A stretch of DNA of 64,000 bases from an uncultured delta proteobacterium (lineage in GTDB: Bacteria > Myxococcota_A > Polyangia > Polyangiales > B10-G4): contig CAVSGI010000009.1 of the NCBI GenBank assembly GCA_963727445.1, forward strand, positions 544,001 through 608,000. The letters are read 5' to 3'. Each line of letters opens with the position of its first letter. Position 1 is the first letter of the stretch. Under the pieces are notes generated by a model that had not been told where the DNA came from, searched no databases, and worked only from the letters and a program-made list of their open reading frames with translations. The position numbers were made by a program, and so were the translations under genes. This document shows, in pieces, positions 29,986 through 39,532 of the stretch.

Positions 29986-32900
29986 ATGATCCGCGCGGTC
30001 GTCCTCGCGCTCCTCGCGAGCGCTTCGATCAGCGGCGTGGCGTCGGCGCAGCGGCCCGACCGCAACATGAGCCGTTTTCAGGAGGCGACCGAGGAACGGC
30101 AGATCGCCGCGCCCGGCGGCGGCGACGACTCCGTTGACGAAACCACCACTACCTCCGTCAGCGGCTCGCCCGAGAACATGGAGGACGCGCTTTACCTCCG
30201 CGAGCGCGCCGACAACCTCGGCGAGGCGGCTCGCGCCTTCGAAGACGAGCAGCTGCAGCAGCTCCTCCACTCGCGCGAGCAGCTGGTGGTGGCGCGCCGC
30301 ACCGAGGCCATCCGCCTCCTCGAGGAGTTCATCTCCGAGGAGCCGGAGGAGGCCATCGAGATGCCCGACGCGCTCTTGCGTCTCGCGGAGCTCAAGCTGG
30401 GAGCTCGCCCGCGCGAACTACATCGAGACCTTCGGCGCCTGGCAGCAGGTCCCCGAGGCGAACCGCGGCCCTCAGCCCCACCCGGACTACGGCGAAGCGG
30501 TCGCCGCTCTACGACCGCATCCTCGAGCATCACCGCGACTTCGATCGCTACGACCTGGTCCTCTACATGAAGGCCTACGCCTTCGTGGAGAAGGGCGAGA
30601 TGGACAACGCCCTCGTCCTGTACCGGCGCATCCTCGCCGAGTTCCCCCAGAGCCGCTTCGTCCCGGACGCGCACTTCGCCCTCGCCGAGAGCCAGTTCGG
30701 CGGCGCCTACGACTACGCAGCTGCCCTCGAGGAATACGAGAACGTCCTTCGCTACGAGGACAGCGGCCTCTACGACGTCGCCCTCTTCAAGAGCGCGTGG
30801 TGCCTCTGGCGTCTGAACCGCAGCCAGGAGGCCGCGCAGCGCTTCCGCATGGTGCTGGACCTCGGCCAGAACCGTCAGAACCTCACGGCGCAGCAGCGGC
30901 GCCGCCTCGAAGAGCTGCAGGACGAAGCCCTCAGCTACCTCATCCAGGTCTTCACCGAGGACGAGAGCAACTCCGCCCAGGACGTCTTCGATTTCCTCGA
31001 GGAGATCGGCGGCGAGCGCTACGCGCACCGCGTCCTCAGGCGTTTGTCCGAAACGTATGTCGGTCAGGCGCGCTACGAGAGTGGGATCGAGGCCTACGAG
31101 CTGCTCCTCGAGATGGACCCCATGTCGCCCGACGCGCCCAAGTACCAGCGTGAGATCGCCGCCGCCTATGCGTCGATGGGCCAGGACCAGAAGACCGTGG
31201 AGGCGCTCGAGACGCTCGCCTCCACCTACGGTCGCGGCAGCGCGTGGGCGCGCAACCAGGCCGACCCCGAGCTGGTGCGCAGCGCCCAGGCCCTGACCGA
31301 GCGCGCAGATCCGACGCCAGGCCTTGATGGCTGGCACGAGGTAGGCCAGCGGGAGAACCAGAACCCACGTCTCGAGCAGGCCGCGGCGCTCTACGAGATC
31401 TATCTCGAACACTTCCCGCGACTCCGAGAAGGCCTACCAGATCAACTTCTACATCGGCGAGATCCTACTTCCACCGCCTCGAGCGATTCCCCGAGGCCGG
31501 CGACGCGTACCTGGCGGCGGCACGCCTCAACCCCCAGGGCGAGCTCACCCGCGACGCGCTCTACAACGCCATCGGCGCGTTCGAGCGCGTTCGTGAGAAC
31601 GAGCTCCAGCACTGTGGGCGCGGCGGAAGCGGCAACGCGCGCCGCAACCAGCCGGAGCAAGCGGCCGAAGAGTGACGAAGGCGGCGAGGGTGACGAGAGC
31701 GAGGGAGAGTCCGCCGCGTCGAGCCCGAGGAACGGCGCCCGCTGCGGCGAGAGCGCAAACGACCGCAAGTTCAGCTCGGCCATCAGCTCTACGTCGAGCT
31801 CTTCCCCAACGACCCGGACCTGCCCGAGATCCTCTTCCGTCAGGGCAGGCTCTACTACGACCGCGGCATCTACGACCCCGCCATCCGTCTCTTGGGCCAG
31901 CTCCTCGACCGCTTCCCCAACAGCGACTACGCGGAGCCGGCGGGCGAGCTCATCCTCGACTGCTTCAATCGCGCCGACGACTACCAGAACATCGAGACCT
32001 GGGCGCGCCGCCTCAAGGGTGCCCCCGCTTTCTCGAGCCAGGCGGCGCAGACGCGGCTGAACGGGCTCATCCTCCAGTCGGTCTTCAAGCTCGGCGAACA
32101 GCTCGCGAATCGCGGCGAGCACTCCGAGGCCGCCGACGCCTACTTCCGCGCGGCCGAGGAGTTCCCCACCGACGATCGGGCACGCCAGGCCTATTTCAAC
32201 GCCGGCGTCGAGCGCCAGCGCGCGGGGGATCTCGGCGGCGCCGCCACCGCCTACGACCGCCTCATCGAGCGCTACCCCGGCACCGACGAGGGTGCCCAGG
32301 GCGCTCGCACGGCGGCGCAGATGTACGAGTCCATCGCGCAGTTCTCCGACGCGGCCCGCTACTACGAGGCCTACGCCGAGAGCTTCCCCCGCAAGGAGTA
32401 CGCTGCGGACTCGCTCTACAACGCCGTGCTGCTTCGCGTCACTGCCGGCGACGACAGCCGCGCGGTCGAGGACGGCAACCAGTTCCTCGAGGCGCTTCCC
32501 CCGCCACGAGAAGAAGGACGACGTCTACTTCTTCATCGGTCGCGCGCAGGAGAACGCCGAGAACTGGGGTGAAGCGGCGTCGACCTATCGGCAATTTCAT
32601 CCGCAGCACCCACGACCTCGACCTCAAGGTCGAGGCGACGACGCGCCTCGGAATGGTCCTGTCCGAGGACGGCAACCAGCGCGGTGCGGCCAGCGCCTTC
32701 GAGGACGCGGTGCGGCTCGGAAGGCGCAACGCCGCGCGCCTCAACGCCGGGCTCTACTACGCTGCTCAGGCGCGCTACCTCCAGGGCGAGGCGGTGCTCC
32801 ACGAGTACGAAGCCGTGCAGATCGCCGGTCCCACCGAGGGCCTGACCCAGCGCCTGCAGCGCAAGGCCGAGCTCCTGCGTCGCGCCGCCACCATCTTCAC

Positions 32901-33375
32901 CGATGTCGTCTCGTTCCAGGTGGCCGAGTGGGTGACCGCCGCGCTCTTCCAGATCGGCCGGAGCTTCGAGACCTTCGCCGCCGACCTCAACAACCAGCCC
33001 ATCCCCGAAGGCTTCAACGAAGAGGAGGAGGCGAGCTACCGCGACCAGCTCTATCAGTTCATCATCCCGATGGAGCAGCAGGCCATCGACGCCTACACCG
33101 GCGGTTACGAGAAGGCGATCGAGCTGCAGATCTACAACCGGTGGACCGCCAAGCTCCGCGAGGGCCTGACGCGCCTCGACGACCAGACCTATCCGCCGCT
33201 CCGCGAGATGGGCGGGCAGATCGTCGAAGGCGTTCCCCTCGCTCCGCCGCAGCCGCTCGACGGTCTGCGCCGCGGCTCGGAAGGCCAGCGATCGAACGAC
33301 GAGGCTGACGGGGACGACGAAGACGACCAGGCCGACGACGAGGGCGACGACGACGGACAGGAGGGCGAGTCATGA
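29986..33375 (+). CDS. GltD/AgmU/NfsD-like large TPR protein; at least seven frameshifts
   Basis: Signal peptide; PDALLRLAEL; ALFKSAWC; C-terminal AEWVTAALFQIG...PMEQQAIDAY..GYEKAIELQIYNRW. Indels near 30397, 30504, 31419, 31465, 31615, 31785, 32495 and 32595. Confidence 0.75.
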
Positions 33376-34541
33376 AGCGCGCGCTTCTCCTCGCGGTCCT
33401 CGCTTTCGCGCCCGCGCCTCTCGCCGTGGGCTGTGGTGGGGCCAGCGCGGAGGTCGAGACCACGCCCGCCGAGCTGCCTCCCGCCGACCCGCGCGCCGTC
33501 CGCGCCTTCCGCGCCGGCAACCGGCTCATGTCCCGCGGCGGCAACCGCTCCGAGACGCGCGCGCTCCGCCGCTTCCGCGAGGCGGTCGAGATCGACCCCT
33601 ACCTCTGGGAGGCCTACTACAACATGGGCGTCCTCCATCGCCGTCGCGGAGAGATGCGCGAAGCCATCGAGGCGCTCGGCAACGCCCGCCGCATCCAACC
33701 CGGCGCGCGCGAGCCCCTCCTGGCGCTCGCCGAGGTCCGCTATGCCATGGGCGACCGCGACGAGGCCATCTCGCTCCTCGACGCCTTCGTGGACGTCGAC
33801 CCCGACGCGGTCGAGATACGCGTCGCCTACGCCACCATGCTCCGGGAGGCTGGTCGCTACGACGACGCCCTCGAGCAGGCGCGCGAGGCGCTCATCCGCG
33901 ACTCGGCCAATGTTCAGGCGCTCATCGAGATCGGCCGCGTCTATCGCGCCAACGAGCAGTACGACGTCGCCGAGCTCGTCTTCCGCAAGGCGCTCGACCT
34001 TTCGGAGGAAGGCAGCGCCGCCCGCGCCGAGATCCACAACGACCTCGGCCTGGTGGCGCTCGCGCGCGGCGACACCCAGGCCGCGTTCCTGCAGTTCGAT
34101 CAGGCGGTGCAGCTCGACGCCCAGAACAAGAGCGCGCACATGAACCAGGGCTCGGTGCTCCTGCAGGCCGGCGACTGGGCCGGCGCATCCGCCCAGTTCC
34201 AAGCCGTGCTGCGCATCGACCCCGACGACCTCGATGCGCGCGTCGCTCTCGGCATCTGCTACCGTGGACAGGGTGACAACCGCCAAGCGCGCCGGGCCTA
34301 CGAAGACGTCCTCGACGACGCGCCCAACCACCCCGCCGCCCTCTTCAACCTCGGGGTCCTCAAGGCGGAGTTCCTCAATCAGCGGCCCCAGAGCCGCGAG
34401 CTCTTCGAGCGCTTCCTCCGGGTGGCGCCCAGTGACGCACCGCAGCGCGAGATGGCCGAGCGCTATCTCCGCGAGATCCCTGCAGAGGGCCCTCGCCGTC
34501 GTCGCGGAGGCGGAGGCAACGGGGGTGGAGGTGGCGCATGA
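33372..34541 (+). CDS. GltE/AglT/NfsE-like TPR lipoprotein
   Basis: LAVGC lipobox and TPR units; lies directly after the GltD-like gene. Confidence 0.7.
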   Translation: MKRALLLAVLAFAPAPLAVGCGGASAEVETTPAELPPADPRAVRAFRAGNRLMSRGGNRSETRALRRFREAVEIDPYLWEAYYNMGVLHRRRGEMREAIEALGNARRIQPGAREPLLALAEVRYAMGDRDEAISLLDAFVDVDPDAVEIRVAYATMLREAGRYDDALEQAREALIRDSANVQALIEIGRVYRANEQYDVAELVFRKALDLSEEGSAARAEIHNDLGLVALARGDTQAAFLQFDQAVQLDAQNKSAHMNQGSVLLQAGDWAGASAQFQAVLRIDPDDLDARVALGICYRGQGDNRQARRAYEDVLDDAPNHPAALFNLGVLKAEFLNQRPQSRELFERFLRVAPSDAPQREMAERYLREIPAEGPRRRRGGGGNGGGGGA

Positions 34542-34567
34542 GCCGTGATGTCTGGTGGTACCCCACC

Positions 34568-34912
34568 ATGGGGCGCGTCGCGATTTTGGCCCTCGTCGGG
34601 GCCCTCGTGGGAACTTCCGTCGCTGCGATGGGTCAAGAAGCGAGGGGCCGCACCGAGGCGTCGGCCCCCACGGGTGCCGGCGCGGACGATGATCTGCCCG
34701 GCGCGGGCGCGGCGGAGGATGAGGTGACGGAAGAAGGCGGCAGCAAGGTCAAGGTCTACCAGTTCGGTGGCCTCGACATCTCCGGCCGGCTCAAGTCGCC
34801 CCAGCTCCTCTACTTCCTGAACCGTCTTCGCGCGGAATTCGATCGCCCCCGGCTGCCTCATCGCTCGTTCATGCCGGAGCTGGTAAGGTCGTCCAAGACG
34901 AAGACGTTCTGA
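34568..34912 (+). CDS. GltF/CglF-like small secreted protein
   Basis: Signal peptide; F..LDISGRLKSP..YFLNR...F......RSFMPEL pattern; position in the operon. Confidence 0.65.
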   Translation: MGRVAILALVGALVGTSVAAMGQEARGRTEASAPTGAGADDDLPGAGAAEDEVTEEGGSKVKVYQFGGLDISGRLKSPQLLYFLNRLRAEFDRPRLPHRSFMPELVRSSKTKTF

Positions 34913-34925
34913 GAGTCGAACACAC

Positions 34926-36293
34926 GTGGCGAGCACACAGAAAGTCTCCTCCCGACACCTTCGCGTGGCCTTCGTCTGGAACGGCACGCTTCAAGCCGAA
35001 GAAGAGCTCGACACGCCGCGGCCGGTGATCCTCGGCCAGGGCGCCGACGCGCTCTTCGCCATCCCCGACGACGTCTCCCCCGAAGACCGTCTGGTGGTCC
35101 TCGATCCCGGCAAGGCCGGCTACCGGCTCAAGCTCACGCCGCGGATGGGCGGCGACGTGTGGATGGGTGGGCAGCGCCGCAGCGTGCGCGACCTCGCCGC
35201 CCAGACCAGCGAGGTCGAGCTCGGGCCCAACGACTACGGCGTCGTCACCCTCGGGACCGTCGCCTTCTTCTTCCAGCACGTGAAGGCGATGAAGCCGCTC
35301 AAGCGGCCCTTCTTCACCGCCGACGGCACCCTCGTAGCGTCGATGGGGCTGAGCCTCTTCCTCTTCACGGCGCTGATGGTGCTGATGTACGTCGCGGCCG
35401 AAGAGTTTCGCGATCCCGATCCGCTCGAGCTCCCCTCGGACCTCATCGCGCAGTTCCTGGTGACGCCGCCCCCCGAGGACATCCTCGAGGAGATGACCGA
35501 GGAGAGCGGCACCGAGACCGAAGACCCGGGCCTCGAGTCGCGTGACGAGACCGGCGGCCGCCGCGCGGAGGGCGAAGAGGGCCGCGTCGGTCGCGAGGAC
35601 TCGCCGGTGGAGGACACCGAGATCGCCGACCCGCACGTGGCCGAGGTCGCGGCGAGGGTGCGAGACACCGGTCTTCTCGGCGCGCTCTCCGGAGGACACG
35701 AGGGCAACGCCATCGCCGCGGCTCTGGACGTGCCCAACGTCAGCGACGTGATCAGCGGCCTCAACAGCAGCCGCACCATCCTCGGCCGCGGCGCTGGTGG
35801 CACCGGCCTGCTCGGCTCGGGCAGCGGCGGCGGCGGTGACGGGCCGGGCGGCCTCTTCGGGGCCGGCGACGTCGGCACCGGCATCGGCGCGGGTCGCGGC
35901 GGCGGCCTCGGGCGCGGCATGGGCGGCATCGGCGCCATGGGCAAGCAGCGCTCCGAGCGCGTCATCAGCGTCCAGCGCGGCGCCCCCCGCGTGAACGGCT
36001 ACCTCTCGCCGGAGCAGATCAACCGGGTGGTGCGCGCGAACCAGGCGGCGATCCGCTACTGCTACGAAGTCCAGGTCCAGCGGCAGCAGAACCTCCGCGG
36101 CCGCGTCTCGATCCAGTGGCGCATCAACCTGCAGGGCAGCGTCACCAGCGCCCGCGTCGCCAACTCGAGCCTCAACAACGCGTCGGTCGAAGGGTGCATG
36201 GTCCGTCAGATCCGGCGCTGGCGCTTTCCGCAGCCGGATGGTGGGGAGGTGGTGGTGACCTACCCATTCATCTTCGGCGTCGAAGGCGGCTGA
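34926..36293 (+). CDS. GltG/PglI/NfsG-like protein (TM helix, Gly-rich linker, TonB-C/AgmX-PglI C-terminal domain)
   Basis: GEEGRVG; INRVVRAN..AIRYCYE...VEGCM..IRRWRFPQPDGGEVVVTYPFIF. Confidence 0.8.
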   Translation: MASTQKVSSRHLRVAFVWNGTLQAEEELDTPRPVILGQGADALFAIPDDVSPEDRLVVLDPGKAGYRLKLTPRMGGDVWMGGQRRSVRDLAAQTSEVELGPNDYGVVTLGTVAFFFQHVKAMKPLKRPFFTADGTLVASMGLSLFLFTALMVLMYVAAEEFRDPDPLELPSDLIAQFLVTPPPEDILEEMTEESGTETEDPGLESRDETGGRRAEGEEGRVGREDSPVEDTEIADPHVAEVAARVRDTGLLGALSGGHEGNAIAAALDVPNVSDVISGLNSSRTILGRGAGGTGLLGSGSGGGGDGPGGLFGAGDVGTGIGAGRGGGLGRGMGGIGAMGKQRSERVISVQRGAPRVNGYLSPEQINRVVRANQAAIRYCYEVQVQRQQNLRGRVSIQWRINLQGSVTSARVANSSLNNASVEGCMVRQIRRWRFPQPDGGEVVVTYPFIFGVEGG

Positions 36294-36377
36294 CGAGGCG
36301 CCCACGTGCGCCATCCGCCGGCTTTCGTCCTCGGGCCCTCCCTGCGACGCACCGTTAGTGCGCCTCAGTCGGGCCCT

Positions 36378-36476
36378 GCGGGCGCGCTCGGCGGCTGACG
36401 CACGTGGACGCCTCGTCCCAAGACTGGGCGGGCGCGCTCGGCAGCTGACGCACCTCAGCGCCTCGTCCCAAGACTG
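36378..36476. repeat. Two 50-bp direct repeats
   Basis: GCGGGCGCGCTCGGCRGCTGACGCAC...CGCCTCGTCCCAAGACTG at 36378 and 36428. Confidence 0.8.
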
Positions 36477-36526
36477 CCCACCAAGACCCGTCGCGGCCTG
36501 TGGCCGCGACCCGGCGCCAGCGGCGC

Positions 36527-37117
36527 CGTGCAGGGGAGTCCGACATCTGATGCATCTCTACCCGGGGCGGCGGTATCGCCGCCCCGCATCTGACGCAGCG
36601 ACTTGTCGGACGCGGGGACGCAGTCCCCGGGGGAGCGTGGAGGGGCGTGAGCCCCTCACCAAAATTCAGCAACCGTGCAGGGAAGTCCGACATCTGACTC
36701 ATCTCTACCCGGGGCGGCGGTATCGCCGGCCCGCATCTGAGGCAGGGACTTGTCGGACGCGGGGACGCAGTCCCCGGGGGAGCGTGGAGGGGCGAAGCCC
36801 CTCACCAAAATTCAGCTATCGTGCAGGGGAGTCCGACATCTGATGCATCTCTACCCGGGGCGGCGGTATCGCCGGCCCGCATCTGAGGCAGGGACTTGTC
36901 GGACGCGGGGACGCAGTCCCCGGGGGAGCGTGGAGGGGCGAAGCCCCTCACCAAAATTCAGCTATCGTGCAGGGGAGTCCGACATCTGACTGCATCTCTA
37001 CCCGGGGCGGCGGTATCGCCGGCCCGCATCTGAGGCAGGGACTTGTCGGACGCGGGGACGCAGTCCCCGGGGGAGCGTGGAGGGGCGTGAGCCCCTCACC
37101 AAAATTCAGTTATCGTG
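36527..37117. repeat. Tandem array of four hairpin-rich units of about 147 bp (REP/BIME-like)
   Basis: Units start at 36527, 36674, 36820 and 36966; internal stems GTCCGACA/TGTCGGAC, CGGGGAC-GCA-GTCCCCG and GAGGGGC-GAA-GCCCCTC. Confidence 0.95.
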
Positions 37118-37123
37118 TGCGGT

Positions 37124-37750
37124 ATGTCGCTCGTGCTTCATCATCATCCGTTCTCTCGTGCGGCCAACGTCGTGTGGATGCTCGAAGAGGTTGGCTGTGA
37201 GTACTCGCTGGCGTTCGTCGACCTGATGGCGGGCGCTCAGAAGGAGGCGGCGCACCGAACGCTCAATCCGATGGGCAAGGTGCCGGTGCTCGTCGATGGC
37301 GAGGCGGTGGTCAGCGAGGCCGCGGCGATCGCCGTCTATCTCGCCGACCGCTACGCGATGGGGCGGCTCGCGCCGGCGCTGGACGCACCCGAACGCGGTT
37401 CCTATCTGCGCTGGTCTTTCTACGCGCCTTCGGTCATCGAGCCGGGCTGCCTCGCCAAGAGCGCCGAGTGGGAGTTCCGTCCCGGTCAGGCGGGGTGGGG
37501 CACCTACGACGAGATGCTTGACACCATCAGCGCGGCCATCGGCGACGGGCCCTGGCTCCTCGGCGAATCGTTTTCGATGGCCGACGTGGTCTTCGGCGGC
37601 ACCGTGCGCTGGATGACGATGTTCGGCATGCTCGACAAACGCCCCGAGTACATGGCGTACGTCGAGCGCCTGAACGAACGACCGGCGCAGAAGCGCGCCC
37701 GGGAGATCAACGATCGCATCGTCGAAGAGCGGGGCCTGAAGCGGCGCTGA
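37124..37750 (+). CDS. Glutathione S-transferase family protein
   Basis: WMLEE, NPMGKVPVL, SEAAAI.YLAD and PWLLGESFSMADV. Confidence 0.92.
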   Translation: MSLVLHHHPFSRAANVVWMLEEVGCEYSLAFVDLMAGAQKEAAHRTLNPMGKVPVLVDGEAVVSEAAAIAVYLADRYAMGRLAPALDAPERGSYLRWSFYAPSVIEPGCLAKSAEWEFRPGQAGWGTYDEMLDTISAAIGDGPWLLGESFSMADVVFGGTVRWMTMFGMLDKRPEYMAYVERLNERPAQKRAREINDRIVEERGLKRR

Positions 37751-37886
37751 GCGGTCTGGCCCCCCCGATCGGGGCCCGTCCCCCCCAAGCCCGCAGCGAG
37801 TTCCATCGTGATCTTCGAGATCAGGTGCTGGTACGCACCCTGCACACATCCCGAGTGGGGTATCTTATTCGCCCGAGGTATCGAAG

Positions 37887-38687
37887 ATGCGCGCATCAGC
37901 TTGGTTCACGGTTGTCATCCTCTCCCTGTCGCTGGTCGGCTGTTTGGAGCAGACCGACCAGACGGGGGCCGCGGGGACCGGGCTGTACGCATTTGCGCTG
38001 ACGGATACGACGCCGCCGATCGCCATGACCGACGAGGCGGCCCTCTACCTCATCGAGGATCGCGCCGAGCTGCCGCTCCGCCCGCCGACCGACGAGGAGC
38101 TCGCGGAGATGGCGGCCTCGGCGCCAGCGCCCTTTCCCAACCGTCCCTTCCACGTCCTGGGGGACATCGGTATCGAGGTGGACCTCGTGCTGACCAACCT
38201 CACGGACGAGCGCCGCACCGTCGACGCCATCATCAACGGCTTCAACGAGTTCACCGAGTACGTTCCGTCGTTCCAGATCGTCGACCGGGATCTGCTGGTC
38301 GACTTCTCTCAGTGGGAGCGCTCCGTGGTGATCGAGCCGGGCGAGCAGTTCGTCGTCACGGTGACCGAGCGTGAGCTGGAGGAGGTGGCCACCGACCTCG
38401 CGACCGTCGCCAACGGCGCACCCAACGGCAACGAAGTGGTCTACTTCGAAAACCAGTCGGGCGACGGCGACCCCCGGGTCGATCCTTATATCCCGGAGGT
38501 GATCCCCGGCCTCACGGGCATGCGCTTCGGGATCCGGGCCACCGAAGCCTCGAACGTCGTCCTCGAGGCCTCCATCCGCCTCGTGGACTACGCAGGCAAG
38601 GTCAGCGACGACGCGAGCGACCCCGCCATGGTCTGGGTTCTGCCGACCCCGACCCCCTACACGCCCGCCCCGCCGGCCATGCCCTGA
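37887..38687 (+). CDS. Hypothetical lipoprotein
   Basis: SLVGC lipobox; typical codon usage. Confidence 0.7.
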   Translation: MRASAWFTVVILSLSLVGCLEQTDQTGAAGTGLYAFALTDTTPPIAMTDEAALYLIEDRAELPLRPPTDEELAEMAASAPAPFPNRPFHVLGDIGIEVDLVLTNLTDERRTVDAIINGFNEFTEYVPSFQIVDRDLLVDFSQWERSVVIEPGEQFVVTVTERELEEVATDLATVANGAPNGNEVVYFENQSGDGDPRVDPYIPEVIPGLTGMRFGIRATEASNVVLEASIRLVDYAGKVSDDASDPAMVWVLPTPTPYTPAPPAMP

Positions 38688-38737
38688 AGCTCGTCGGGCT
38701 CCGTTTGAGCCCCCCTTTCTGGTAGGCTCCCCGGGCC

Positions 38738-39490
38738 GTGCGCGCCCCCTCGATCAGCGCCCTCTTCGCCGCCCTCCTCCTCGCGACGAGCGCCCCCGCG
38801 CGCGCGCAGGATGGCGACGCCGCGGCGGGTGGCGAGTCGACCTCCGCAGCCACCGACACCGGGGCTTCGGACGAGGGTGGCGAGACGACCAGCGACGGCG
38901 GCACCGTGACCGAAGAGATCGACGTCACCCGTCTCGACGTCGAACGCCTGCCCCCCGAGGCGATCGAGATCACGCGCGACCTCTACTCCCATGGCCTCTT
39001 CATGGAGGGCTGGATCGGCGGGCGCGGGTTCGTCGGGGGCGTGGGTCGGCTGAGCTCGCCGGGCCTCTTCGCCAACGTAGGCATCGGCCTCGAGATCTTC
39101 AGCTTCCTCTACTTCAAGCTCGCCTTCGAGGGGTCGATCCACGAGACCAACGCGCCCCCACCACCGAGCCCCACCGTCTTCGAGCTCCTCTCCGCGCTGG
39201 CGGAGCTCAAGCTGCAGTTCAACATCAGCACCCGCGTCGCCCTCTGGCTTCAGGGCGAGTTCGGAGGCTCCTTGGCCTTCGGAGACATCCTCCCCATCTA
39301 CGGGATCCAGGGCGCCGACTCGGTCGGGATGATGTACGGCGGCAGCGCGGGCTTCGACTGGCATCTGTACAACCGCCACTACAGCATGGGCTTCCTCGGC
39401 GGCGCGCGCGTGTTCGACGGTCTCAAGACCGTCGACGGCGAGATGACGCTCGGGATCCACGGCGCGCTCTACCTGCGCTACGTCTTCTGA
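38738..39490 (+). CDS. Outer membrane beta-barrel protein (possibly CglE/GltH-like)
   Basis: Signal peptide (ARA-Q), amphipathic strands and C-terminal LYLRYVF beta-signal. Confidence 0.65.
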   Translation: MRAPSISALFAALLLATSAPARAQDGDAAAGGESTSAATDTGASDEGGETTSDGGTVTEEIDVTRLDVERLPPEAIEITRDLYSHGLFMEGWIGGRGFVGGVGRLSSPGLFANVGIGLEIFSFLYFKLAFEGSIHETNAPPPPSPTVFELLSALAELKLQFNISTRVALWLQGEFGGSLAFGDILPIYGIQGADSVGMMYGGSAGFDWHLYNRHYSMGFLGGARVFDGLKTVDGEMTLGIHGALYLRYVF

Positions 39491-39532
39491 CGCCCCCGGG
39501 AGGGACGCGGCGATGCAGATGGCGAAGGCTGC

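Noticed and set aside
27754..30270. Long antisense and alternative-frame ORFs (also 12375-14384, 12497-15196, 20252-21838, 55298-56872 and 57443-59794)
   Set aside because: Shadow ORFs typical of high-GC DNA; they overlap well-supported genes and lack family motifs
36527..37117. CRISPR array, tRNA cluster or coding repeat
   Set aside because: No spacers and no cloverleaf or TTC-loop motif; unit lengths of 146-148 bp do not keep a reading frame
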